Part shown: in pieces, positions 22,765 to 34,106 of the stretch
Layout of the letters: the number at the start of each line of letters is the position of its first letter
How positions within the stretch are numbered: position 1 is the first letter of the stretch
Assembly (NCBI GenBank): GCA_964035575.1
Contig: OZ037837.1
Coordinates: 682,001 to 746,000, forward strand
Length of the DNA stretch: 64,000 nt
DNA from: Rhynchopus sp. YZ270_cl-10
Taxonomy: Eukaryota
Reading direction: 5' to 3'
Notes under the pieces: model-generated
Told to the model about the DNA's origin: nothing
Seen by the model: the letters and a program-made list of their open reading frames with translations, nothing else
Databases searched by the model: none
Position numbers and translations under genes: made by a program

Positions 22765-25700
22765 ATGGGAAATTAAAGGCTGGTAGCTGAAAGGCAGGCA
22801 CCTGAGTACTAAAAAAAATGTAACATGGGTGCTCCTGACGGCCCCATATTGCGTACTTCTTGCGTACTTAGTGCTGTACAAAATAGTGACGTTAGGTCCT
22901 GTCATTTGACAGAGGTTGTGGCTCTGGTCGGAACCAGGCTCCAACCCGCCCCAGAATAGGAAAAAAGGAAGGGAGTTGGGTGTTCAATTTCCTTTTAGCA
23001 TTGCATGTAATCATATAAAAAAGTGTGATCCGTGCATTCAGTGAAGACTTTGTTTCTGAGTTGGAAAACGGAGAAAGATCAAAACACTGATGCGGGGGAA
23101 ATATAACAAAACAAAAGCAAAACACAGCGAAACACTGAGTTGTGCCTCGCGAACATTGAGGCGTTAGCCCTGATTGCATTTTCTTAGAATTGAACGATTC
23201 TCAACATGTTTTACGGAAACGGTAACAAGACCCTCCGCCTTTGTTGGTACGCTAGCCACGTCCGTTCAGTGCAGCTGCGCTATCGTCTCCTCCACTGCAA
23301 CGCGAAGCCCGCAACGGCCGATTCATCCGTCTTCCAACTGCAGCGAAGTCTCCATCACCTTCATCGGCAACGGAGCTGGTGTCTTCGTTGCTGTTCAATG
23401 CAGAAAAGTCGAGGTTAAGTGCCTTCTTCGAAATGTTGTAGTTCATCAGCGCACCTGTCGATGTGGCCGCCCAGTCTCCACCTTCCGTGTACCAACTATC
23501 CCTCCCTTCCTCCCAATACATGCCGTGCTGTCCCTGCAGCAGTGCTTCCGGTTGAGATGGGGACAAAAGCGAAGGTGATTTCTTCAGCTGTGCGAGGCGT
23601 ACTGCAAGAAACTTCGCGTCTTTCTTGTGCAAAACGATGTTGCACCTCAAATACAACCCCTGTGCCTCGTTGTTGTAGTCGCCACACTCGTGCAGTCCTT
23701 TCTTCAAGATGCGGCGTGCCATATCGGTGTCATCCTGAGCCCTCAACCAGTACTGTTGTGCAGTGATTTAAAGGTAATGTGAAAGAGGAACACAATAAAG
23801 TCTTTGAAACAAAGATGGGGTTTTGGTTTTCTGCTGCTGTTGTTTTCTTGTTCTTGATAATCTGTTGCCTTAGTGTGGCCGCCATTCAGACAGCTTCACT
23901 GTCCTCCTTCTTAGTTGCAGGAGGGGAGGACAGCATCGCATACATGAAAGAGCAAGAAGTGAGACAAAACAAGACAAAGAGCATGCATACGTTTTCAAAA
24001 CCCCAATCCTGTTCTGCAAGGAGTTCGAACTGCGCACGCAAGTACATTTCTGCAACTTCAAGTTTCAGCTCCTCTCCAAGGCGAGCTGAATAACGAGCAA
24101 GATACACAGGGATGGCACACATGTTCCGCACACGCTGTTTCCTTGCAGATTCGAAGATGCATGTGTACAGCACCTTCAGACGGTCCACAAATTCACGTTC
24201 CTTCCCTTCTTGGAAGTAGGTCCAGCCAAAGTGTGTCCGCAGTCCTTCACGCGCTATTCTCACGAAGTACTTTGGTGCCTCACGCAGGGTGGGGTCTGAG
24301 TCACAGAAGTTCATCCCAGTGGCCACAAGGATGGCGATGCTGTGGTGCGTCTTCTCACAGAGCTGGCTGTGCTCACCGTCCGTGCCGGAGGTGAAGGAGA
24401 AGCCCTGCTGCGAGACGCACATTTCTGTGCTCAGTTCCATCAGCGACTTCGCCAACGTCTGTCTCGCATGTTCCTTTGAGGTGAAGCCGTACTGTGCAGG
24501 TTCCGCCTGTACGGTGGCCATCCACGATGTGAACTTGTCACGGGTGACTTCAATAGGCTCTGCACCGTCGTCATCAAGGTTGCCGTCCAGATACTTAAGC
24601 GATGGTTTGTTAATGTTGAGTATATACAGAGCGCGGTAGTACCCTATCGTATCGCCACGTGCGTCCAGGTCACGACGTGCAGAGTCTAGGGCTTGTTCGT
24701 TCCTTGTAACGATAGCTTGCACGTCCTCTCTCTTACGTTTCTCGTTTGTCTCTTACGTTTAACCCTTTAAGGACCAGAGGGGACATATATGTCCACGCAA
24801 CCACCTAAATTGGCTTCCACTAGGACTTTTTGAAGATTTTTACAACTTACCTTCCTTCACCCCCCCCCCCTGTAAGGGCAACCGTAGGTGAAGTAAGGTA
24901 TAGTATTGAAATCGATGTGGGGGGGGAGTAAAGGGTCAATTTTACAAAACCAGATTTTGAGGAAAATTTTAGCCGAAAATGGGCCCCACGTATAAGCAAC
25001 CGGGCTCATATTTCTCAAAATTTAAGTGGTCAAAAAATTGTCCAATTTTCGAGATTGACCCCACCACTGCACGGGCGGAGCCCAAAAATGCAAATAAGGA
25101 CCCTTTTCAACTTACCTTCACCGTGCGCTGGTCAGAGGATACCTGGTCAGTTGACCAGGTAATATGACCAGGTTTTGACCTGGTCAGATTGACCAGGTAC
25201 ACCTGGTCATGACCAGGTATACCTGGTCAATGACCAGGTATTGACCAGGTATACCTGGTCAGTGACCAGGTATTTGGCCACTGTGACCAGGTTTTTTTTT
25301 TTTTTTGACAACACAAAAATGCCCTTGGTGGGTCCATATGACCTCAAAACTGGGCTAAAAGTGCAAATAAAGGCACTTACGAGCAGTTTAGAGCATCTAG
25401 AATTTATTCCACGGCTATTTGTGTGCACCCTGTACATTTTGTATGGGCATCACCTTAGCAAAAAATCGAAAAATCTCAAAAAAAAAAATTTTTTTTTCGG
25501 GAAAAATTTGGCCTCTGGGTTGGGTCTTGGGGCACCGAAAAATGCAAAAAAACGCAAAATTCGGGTGTTTTGACCATCTGGGGTTTCACCAAATACACGT
25601 ATTTGAACAATCCTACACGAAACAGTGGTTAGACAAGGCGATTTTTGACCAAAGAAAAAATAACTTTTTTGCCCAAAATAGGCCGTGGTAGGTCATAAAA

Positions 25701-26393
25701 TGGCCCAAAAAATCCAAAGAAAACCTCAGATTGGGCAAATGTTGAAAAAAATTTTCAAGTCAAAATTTCAGCCAAAATACGGTCATACCCCGTGTACTGT
25801 AGTAGCTAATTTTTACGATTTGAGGCCATAAAAGCAAAATTTGGCACTTTTGAGCCTCTGTAGGGGTCTAAAATGTCTAAAATGTGGTTTTGCGTACTCG
25901 ATTTTTTAGACGAATTTTTTTTTCTGTACTGGACACTGGGCACTGTACCCAGAGAAGGCACCTTGACAGCAGCGAAGGCGCAGGTTACGATGAAGACAAG
26001 GTATGTAAATATGTTTAACTGTCAGGCACTAGTGTAGATTCATTCCTTTAGTGGTTGTCAAGTTGTTGTGTGGTGGTGTTTGTTTTCCCTGATCACCGAT
26101 CTCACTCTTTTTTGGCTGGTGCTTGCAGACTACCCCTACTTTGTGTAATCGGAATAAACTTACATATTGCTTGTCATGAGGCAGCCGTTTTTTAACTTCT
26201 GCAGGCGTGCTCGTTACCTGCTGCACATAATATTCACCTCGCTTCGCTCGGTAAATACTTATACATGGTCCCCTCGCTTCGCTTGGGAACCATTAGTGCA
26301 GCAGGAAATCCGCTGTGGCGTGAAAAAAAGGCTACCTTATTTCACGGCAATGCATAGTTATTACCACTTTCTTCATTAACCTCATCTTTAATA

Positions 26394-26581
26394 CTGGAAA
26401 ATCGTTTAATTTGTCACACCCTAATTAACCGAGTTGAAATATCAGTCATAAATGAATTTTGTCACCCCCTCACATTACGTCGGGCGGTTTTTTGTGTCTA
26501 CTTTTTAAAGTACAGCCTTGAGTGATACTTTCTGTATTAGGGACGGAAGAATTGTAGGTGACAAATTAAACGATTTTACAG
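26394..26581. mobile_element. Tc1/mariner-type MITE (188 bp)
   Basis: 24-bp TIR CTG(G/T)AAAATCGTTTAATTTGTCAC with TA on both sides. Confidence 0.85.
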
Positions 26582-27336
26582 TACTGCGTTTATACACCAT
26601 AACTTAATCACACCCCACATTTACACTCATCACAGGATCGTGAAATCTGAACTGCATCCGTGATTGCGATGAGAAGTTTCGCCGCTCTTCGACATTCTAT
26701 CAACAACTCAAAAATCCGAAAGGCTTCACCCACATCAATCTATTCTGGGTTTGTGGACGAAGACCTGGGGGGTGGGAATATTTTGTCAGTCACTGCTATT
26801 GCCATTTAACCCAGGGAGCATAGCTAGTGCAAGAAATTCGACCTTTGGAAACCTTCCGGAAAGTCTGTCCTCTGCTTGCGGAGGACTAGACACAAGAAAA
26901 TATTGCGTTCCCCCAGAAAACCAGTGCACATTTCACACTCCTTGTGGGTGGTCTTGTTGCCTTTTTTGTCAACAGTAATTTTGGCCCAGGCATGCTCTTG
27001 AAGCATGACAATTTAGTGTGTATGGGGCAGGGTGTTGTTTTGTTCTGAATTCTCTTTGTTATAACATCTAAGTCAATCGCGGGTGGTGGTTTGTGTAGGA
27101 GGCACTCTTTTTAGCAAACTTCCTGCGGCTGCTAAAGTGTTATTTCTTCGGATTTAACAACGTACAGCGTAACATAGTGGTTTAGCCTGGTCGACACAAC
27201 CTTTGATAGATATGGGATAACCAACCCCCTTCGACCCCTTGTGGGTTCACTGAACAAGCCCTCGTGGTAGTTAAACGCGATTGACATTTACATTCCTAGA
27301 GATGAAAGAACAAGACAACACTTCTGTACCCGCGCA

Positions 27337-27620
27337 TCAAAATTGTGGAAAACTTTGCACCCCAAACACCCTCAACAACGCCCGCCAAAAGGCGCCCCTT
27401 GTTGCTGGGAGTTGGTTCTCATGATACCTGCACAGCGGGCATTCCTCTGAGTCCAACGCATGTTTGGCCTGTCTGCGGCGTTGTACTTCAGGTGCACGAA
27501 GACAGGGTCTGGTGGTAAATTTTGCGTAGTACTGCGACGTGGTACTGCGTGGGTCTGGGAACCTGGGTACAGGATATTTGTTGTGGAAGACATCAACCAC
27601 CATGCATTGAGGAGGGTAAG
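27337..27620 (-). pseudogene. Degenerate Cys-rich fragment, possibly a transposase C-terminus; second copy at ~45660-45900
   Basis: Frame-disrupted ECPLC…PFGGRC*GCLGCKVFHN. 27340-27560 matches the reverse complement of ~45670-45890. Confidence 0.35.
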
Positions 27621-28809
27621 ACAGTGTTCGCAGTTTCTACCTGAGAGCATTACAACATTTAACTTCTCCACGGGGGTCTTGGGCCGTTCACTCGGTTCTA
27701 CCTTGACTACCGGAAGATATTCTTGAGGCCTTTTTGGTCTCTAGAATATCCGGTCTTCCCGAACGGAGGCACACTTTGTGTGTTACTACGACCTGGCAAT
27801 TTCCAGCAGTAGGTTAAGTAATCTTTCTTGTAAATTGTTGGATCATTATCTCCTCAGTGCATGAATGCCCCACGTGACTGGACACTTTTGTGTTTGTCAT
27901 GTGGAGCTGTGGTTGCTCTTTCACGACTTTTTTCTTGTTCCTGGGTACCTGTTCCTGGACCTGGACCTGGGTACCTGGGTACCTGGGTACCTGGTCACCT
28001 GGGCGCCTGGGTACTTACCTGGGTAAATGTGACCAGGTACCTGGTCATCTGACCAGGTACACCTGGTCATGACCAGGTATACCTGGTCATGACCAGGTGT
28101 ACCTGGTCAGATCTGACCAGGTGTACCTGGTCATAAATCTGACCAGGTATTACCTGGTCAGACCTCTGACCAGCGCACGGTGTTCCTTCACCCCCCCCCC
28201 CTGTAAGGGCAACCGTAGGTGAAGTAAGGTATAGTATTGAAATCGATGTGGGGGGGGGAGTAAAGGGTCAATTTTACAAAACCAGATTTTGAGGAAAATT
28301 TTAGCCGAAAATGGGCCCCACGTATAAGCAACCGGGCTCATATTTCTCAAAATTTAAGTGGTCAAAAAATTGTCCAATTTTCGAGATTGACCCCACCACT
28401 GCACGGGCGGAGCCCAAAAATGCAAATAAGGACCCTTTTTCAACTTACCTTCCTTCACCCCCCCCCTGTAAGGGCAACCGTAGGTGAAGTAAGGTATAGT
28501 ATTGAAATCGATGTGGGGGGGGAGTAAAGGGTCAATTTTACAAAACCAGATTTTGAGGAAAATTTTAGCCGAAAATGGGCCCCACGTATAAGCAACCGGG
28601 CTCATATTTCTCAAAATTTAAGTGGTCAAAAAATTGTCCAATTTTCGAGATTGACCCCACCACTGCACGGGCGGAGCCCAAAAATGCAAATAAGGACCCT
28701 TTTTAATTTGTTCTCTTGAAATGTGTAATTTCATGTTTTCGCGAAAAAAATTACAACTGATCCTACAAGGGTTGAAGGAAGGTGGTTGAAAACAACAATA
28801 ACAACAAGG

Positions 28810-29249
28810 ACAAGTAATTGCTAAGAAAAAAGCGGGGTGTGCTGTGGAAAACTCCGCGCGATTTTCGAACCACCGTAGCATCCTGGCGATTTGCTGGAGG
28901 TGCTGATGTGCCTGGTGTGATCGATGTGTTGTAGTCTGTGCATTCTGTGTTCCTTCCGCACTGCTCCAACGACGACGACAATGTGGGGAGCCTGTGGACA
29001 AAAACGAGCTGGACCACGCCGAGCCTGCCGAGCCGACGTCCAACAACGCTCTCGAGCGGATGGTGCTGGACGAAGAGGACAGCCCCCCTTCTTGAACGTT
29101 TCAGATGCTGGCGTCCCAGTGGGTCTGGCAGCGTACGAAGAGCGTTAGCATACCTGCAGAAGAGCAGAATGCTGGGCGTGTTGTAGATTATTTCTACAGG
29201 ATGGAGTTCCACATCACACCCCGTTTTTTTTCCGATAGCAATTACTTGT
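28810..29249. mobile_element. Small inverted-repeat element enclosing a GC-rich, coding-like fragment
   Basis: Arms ACAAGTAATTGCTA…AAAA(G)CGGGGTGTG…GTGGAA…CTCC and GGAGTTCCAC…CACACCCCGTTTTT…TAGCAATTACTTGT. The interior reads as a decayed hydrophobic segment, RRR and an acidic tail. Confidence 0.55.
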
Positions 29250-32062
29250 TTTTTAATGAGAAGATTTTGTGCGAAATCTTTCAAAAGACGCAAGATTCGA
29301 TTTTTTTTGACGCTCTCATCCCCTCTCATCCACACCCGGCATTATCACATAATAGGGTATTTTGGGTCATTTTTTGGGAATAATGTACCATTCTGACGCG
29401 CTTGAGTCATCAGAGGATTCAAACTTTGGTGTGCAGGGAACCATTTTGTACGGTCTTCAGAACGAAACTAAAATAATGGAAAATACCCGCGACTGGGCAA
29501 AGTAAGCGTCGTCCTTCTTCTTATCCTCGATGATGTCGCGTGACGTGTACCAGAGCGACGTCCCGCTCGTCTCGGATTCGAAGCACGTCTGGTGCGACAG
29601 CCTCATCAGGTCTCTGAGGCAGGTCCTCAGGGTCGCGTGCTTGCGTGCCACCTCGCGGAGCGTGCCCATACCCTTCCCAAGCGACGCGACGCTGCGTGCA
29701 CAGAACACCTCGCTCGTCTTGTCCTTGCGCGTCACTGTGATCTGCGTCTTGTGTGCCTTGTTCTGCGCATCACGCATCGACGCGTTCAAGACGTAGTACG
29801 GCTGGTCCGCAAACTCGCAGCAGGATTTGTACAGCACACACGGTGGCACGTCTGCTCCAGGTACGGCGATGAACTTGTTCTTCCCAGACAGCGAAGCGTG
29901 CAGGGGTTGTTCGACGTGTGTCCAGTCTGCCACGCCTGCCGAGGACCAGTACACGGCCTGGATGTCGAGAGCGTGGAGGATCGTCAGCGGCGTCGGTGCC
30001 TGGCCTTCGGGGGCCTCACGCACGGCGATGGCGACCTTGTGTGCCACGAGCGCTTGGAACGGGCTGTAGTCGTGTTTGTGCTCGGTACTCAGTGCGTCGA
30101 GGTCTTCCTTGCAGCCTTTGTCGTACTGCTGCTGGTTCTTCTCGCGCACGCAACGGTCCTTCAGCGCACCCACCGCACAGAAGAAGCAGCTGTCGTCACA
30201 GCGGACGTACGCTGTCTCTGTCCCCGCCACCTTGTCCTTCCTCCCCGCAAGCAGCACCTTCTCCTCACGCGCACGGCACGCAAACGCATCCTCCGAACGC
30301 AGATAGTGCAGACCACCCTCGGCCACCCGCGGTGCGACACCTCTGCGCACGCCGCAGCAAGCTTGTTCTTCTCCACGTCCGTCGCAGGCGCTGCCCCACG
30401 CAGGCCGTCGATGTAGCACGCCAGGTGCGCCAACGGGTCGCACGGCTTATGCTGAAGCAGCTCGTTCACAAGCTCGTCGACCAGCTTCAGTATGCTGTGC
30501 TGCTTTGCGTATGCTTGCACCTCCTCGCGTGGGCCGAACATGGTGGTGTGTTGCTTCCTGCAAGGTGTGTGGTGTGTGGACGGTGTGTGGACGGTGTGTG
30601 GACGGTGTGTGGTGTGTGTGTGGGTGCATGCTTCCGAAGCCATATATCCCAGAAGTACGCGATGTCTGTCTACCCCACAACGAGATCATCAAACACACAA
30701 TCTGACTTTCGACTTCCGAATATGAGAGGTGAGTAAAAAGAAAACAAAAAACAACTTTTTTCCGTTTATCGCTCTGCAAATTTGTTGTGTTTTTTTTTTC
30801 TTTTTTTGCTGTATGAGGAGAGTGATAAAACGCATACTGGAAAGAATGAAACACAATGTGTAGCCACGCACCTTCCGTTCGATTCTATTTCCTCCATTCC
30901 CATGCTTGCTATATACAGTCACACAACAAACACAGGTAGGGAAATCTCTGAGGGTTTTGACCCCACTGATATTTGTTCTGTGGATGTATATGAAAGAAAA
31001 TAAACAGGAGTCGATCGACCTCTCGTCGTCATTTAAGAAGAGAAGTGCGAATGGCTCAAAATAAGTTTCAATTATAAGTCAGCAATCCTATGACATTACG
31101 AAGGTTGCTTTTAAAGAAAACAAGCTTTTTTTCAGATGAATGTGCCTCTCGTGCACACACACGCATCATTTTTCTTTTTTTCAAATACCTTACAGTCAGA
31201 CCATGAATCCCTCACATCCCACAGACTTAAAAAGAGGGGCAAATCAGAGCGAGTGGCAGTACATGATAGCGTTAACCATCTCTCTCTGCACGTTTTGTTG
31301 TGTCGACAACCACCAACAGCATCCACTTGGTGGGTAGGGTCATAGGGAGAAAGAGACTTGTTACTTTTTTCTCAAAAAAAAAAGACCACAAAAACTGGGG
31401 GAAAAAATCAGGTTGTTTGTTGTTCGCTTCCACAAACAAGCCGGGGGGGGGCGAGTCTACACTGATACAACCAAGTTAAAAAAAAAAATAGAAAAAAAGA
31501 AAAAAAACAATACTGAACAGATGTGGAAGGTACAGAAAAAAAGGGGAAGGGAATGGGGTAGGTGAGGGACATAACATCTTGTTTTTGCTGTCTCAGAGAC
31601 TTTGTGGTACATTTTTTTTTGTTTTTTTTTTAGTGCAGGTTTGGGTCCTTGGTTGCACAAAAAGAAAAGGATTAAAAACACACACAAACATTTGCAAAAA
31701 ACAAGATTTTTTTTAAAAAAATAAAACAAATAGACCTGAAAGCATACTGGGACTGCGAACACCTTACCACACTGAAACACACTGTCTGAAGAACACTAAC
31801 TTTGACTCGAAACAAACCAAAAAGCCCTCTCGTCACAGTGCACATCCTTGAACATGATTGCGGTACCTCGACAAAGATTTGCCTCTCTCTCGTTCGTCTT
31901 TTTGTTGAGTTGAATTTAGTTAAAGTGTGAGCGTCAGCACTTCTTTGTTGCACACTGAAAGGAGGCATCTTCATCCCAAATCTCAAACCTTATTTGCTGT
32001 TGTCGACGAAATCATTATTCCGATAAAAAAAACGGAACAAAGTTCTCTTAAAAATTTTTTTT

Positions 32063-33403
32063 TTACAATTTCGCCTTTTCTGGAACCACGTCGTCTAGCA
32101 CCTTCATGACATACGCGATTTCTGCCGGGGTATTGTAATGCGCAGCACTGATACGTACTACTCCGTCAGTAGTGTCAATTCCCAACGCTTTCGAGGCACC
32201 AGGGCTCATAAGGGAACCGCTTTTACATGCAATCCCCGCCTTGATTAGCCCTGTCGCAATGTCTGCGCTCTTCATGGAGTGAGAGGTGAACGACACAATC
32301 GGCTTGGTATGCGCACCGTGCGCAACCCCCGATCGCACCAACTTCAACCGTCCGTTCTGTGCAACCCACAATCGGAACGGCCTGACCACATCGTCCACCA
32401 TTTGTTTCATCACCGATAAGGCTCGAACCACCATTGCTCTGGTGCCCATTCGCTTCACCTCTACTTCTGGCAGGTTGTCCGCGAGAGTCACCACCTTTTG
32501 CAGGTACGATTCGAAGCCGAGAATGCCCGATGCGGTCGCATAGTTGGTGTGACCAGACACCATTTCAAAAACATTGGTATCGGATTCCCCATTAGGACAA
32601 ACCCACCCCCAGGCTTGGTGAGTCCCAAAGAGCACACCCGATTGAGGACAACAGTTTTTATACAGCGACATCGAATACCAATCAGGGCACAGCTCCGCAC
32701 AGTCCACGGTACCAGAGGATGCGTAAGCCACCCCATCAATCAGCACCCTTGCCGCGTTGTGACGACGTACCTCGGAGACAATCCTTTTTACGTCAATAAC
32801 TTCGCCGACCAGATTTGAGACATGAGGAATAATCACGATGGGAGCTGTCGGGGTTGATCCATCATAGCATGCTGATAACGTTGTGGAGAGCTCAGTGTGA
32901 GAGAAAAACCCTGGTTCGGAACGGTCGATTTCAGAAAGGGTGTGAAGCGTTGAACGGATATTCGCATTTTTGATGGAGTTGAGGCGTTCGTGAAGGGCGA
33001 TCCAGGGGCGGATGTGGGTCATGTGGTTCATCGCGGAGATGATGATTGGGATGTGGACGGGGCTTTGGTTGCGTAGGATGGCGTCAAAGATGCGCTCGGA
33101 GAGTGTGCTGACCAGACTGCGCGCAGAGGTGCCCAGCAAAGGATACCCCACTGTCCCGCACCCCATGTACTCATGGACAAACGCGCTGCACTCTGTCAGC
33201 ACCTCCTCCACCGCGAGCGAGCTCCCATACGCACCACCACGCTGTACATTGCACTCCCGAAAGTGTGCTGCGACCCGTTCCGTGACCTGCGTAGGGACGA
33301 AGGTGCCGCCGGCGTTCTCGAACATTACTTCGTCGTTGTCAAGCCCAGGAAAGTCGCCACGAAGCACATCGCGCATCTCCGCAAGCCTGCCCTGAGACAG
33401 CAT
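32063..33403 (-). CDS. Class-V PLP-dependent enzyme (cysteine desulfurase-like family) with C-terminal PTS1 (-AKL)
   Basis: From ATG 33403 (446 aa, intronless). Motifs FENAGG…VP, HVSNLVGEVID, DGVAYA, YSMSLYK (PLP lysine), GVVRISAAHYNT. Ends EKAKL*. Confidence 0.88.
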   Translation of the reverse strand: MLSQGRLAEMRDVLRGDFPGLDNDEVMFENAGGTFVPTQVTERVAAHFRECNVQRGGAYGSSLAVEEVLTECSAFVHEYMGCGTVGYPLLGTSARSLVSTLSERIFDAILRNQSPVHIPIIISAMNHMTHIRPWIALHERLNSIKNANIRSTLHTLSEIDRSEPGFFSHTELSTTLSACYDGSTPTAPIVIIPHVSNLVGEVIDVKRIVSEVRRHNAARVLIDGVAYASSGTVDCAELCPDWYSMSLYKNCCPQSGVLFGTHQAWGWVCPNGESDTNVFEMVSGHTNYATASGILGFESYLQKVVTLADNLPEVEVKRMGTRAMVVRALSVMKQMVDDVVRPFRLWVAQNGRLKLVRSGVAHGAHTKPIVSFTSHSMKSADIATGLIKAGIACKSGSLMSPGASKALGIDTTDGVVRISAAHYNTPAEIAYVMKVLDDVVPEKAKL

Positions 33404-33535
33404 CGTTATTAATTGAGTCTTTTTCAAAAAAAAAAATGTGTTTATTGCTTCAATCCTGGAGTGTAGGGATGTATTGAAAATCGATAGTACTATCAAGAGT
33501 GTAAGGGTTGAAGAGCAAAGTGTAAGGAAAACATT

Positions 33536-34106
33536 TCACGACAGCTGAGGCAGTTGCCAAGTAAAGAATGGGCATCGCGCCGACACCAACCGGCCGCTCA
33601 CTGAGCGTTCGTTTGTATCAATAAGCAATAGCTGTGCGCTATCTGACCGCACAACGGCAGCTACTTCTTCTCGTCCCTGAATAGCCACCACGCTCTTTTG
33701 AGCTGGGCTATCGTAGATAAGGAGCGAGGACGTCCCACTACAGAGCAGTGCACGTTTTGTCTGTACTGTGTGCCGTAAGTCATCCAGCTATGCCAATGAA
33801 GCATATACGCAACAGTGCTGTTAAAAGGTTATTGACAGTGCCGATTTGGTTGCAACTATGTGAAGGTTGTGTCAGTGAGACAGAAGCGCCATGAGCATCG
33901 ACAGTAGGGCAAAGCTGCGGTGCTGCGACGTCGGCTGTTAACTCTCTCAACCTTTGCGTTACTAAGACTGCATCTGTTTGTCTTGAATGTCGCAGGCTGC
34001 GTCCAAGAAAGCATAGGTGCAAGGTAGTCAGCAACCATGCGCCCATGGGTCAACGGTGCGTTAGGATCTATCAGTGTGTCAAGAAGTTGAACATACCCCC
34101 AAAGCG
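33536..34106 (-). pseudogene. Possible decayed coding fragment
   Basis: GC-richer island with overlapping protein-like ORF pieces in shifting frames. No recognisable family. Confidence 0.25.

Larger units (their letters stand above)
25119..28182. mobile_element. CACTA/EnSpm-like non-autonomous element (3.06 kb)
   Basis: Perfect 20-bp TIR CACCGTGCGCTGGTCAGAGG with a 2-bp TT TSD. Dense subterminal TGACCAGGT/ACCTGGTCA arrays at ~25135-25292 and ~27940-28160. Confidence 0.85.
24842..28705. repeat. ~264-bp tandem repeat, three units, the first separated from the others by a CACTA-like insertion
   Basis: Near-identical units at ~24842-25118, ~28183-28448 and ~28449-28705 (CCTTCACCCCCC…TGTAAGGGCAACCG…GGACCCTTTT). 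Confidence 0.9.
24763..29505 (-). mobile_element. Truncated piggyBac end inserted at TTAA in the ART pseudogene, split by ~4.4 kb of nested DNA
   Basis: TTAA (24759-24762) then CCCTTTAAGGACCAG. 24763-24841 plus 29250-29505 is the reverse complement of ~44826-45161. The intact gene has TTAA at the homologous site (3652-3655). Confidence 0.85.
23252..30541 (-). pseudogene. Broken tandem duplicate of the giant ART gene
   Basis: 3' part 23252-24735 is near-identical to ~2171-3645, including the intron (23753-23990). 5' part 29506-30541 matches 8036-8853 plus 10152-10376, with an internal deletion and frameshift near 30325. The ART catalytic region is missing and replaced by piggyBac and nested elements. 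Confidence 0.92.

Noticed and set aside
25135..28160. CRISPR-like palindromic TGACCAGGT/ACCTGGTCA arrays
   Set aside because: No unique spacers of regular length and no cas genes. They are subterminal repeats of the CACTA-like element.
24842..28705. 264-bp direct repeats as LTRs of a retrotransposon
   Set aside because: Three tandem units rather than two, no TG…CA ends, no PBS or gag/pol. The gap is explained by a TIR element with a TT TSD.
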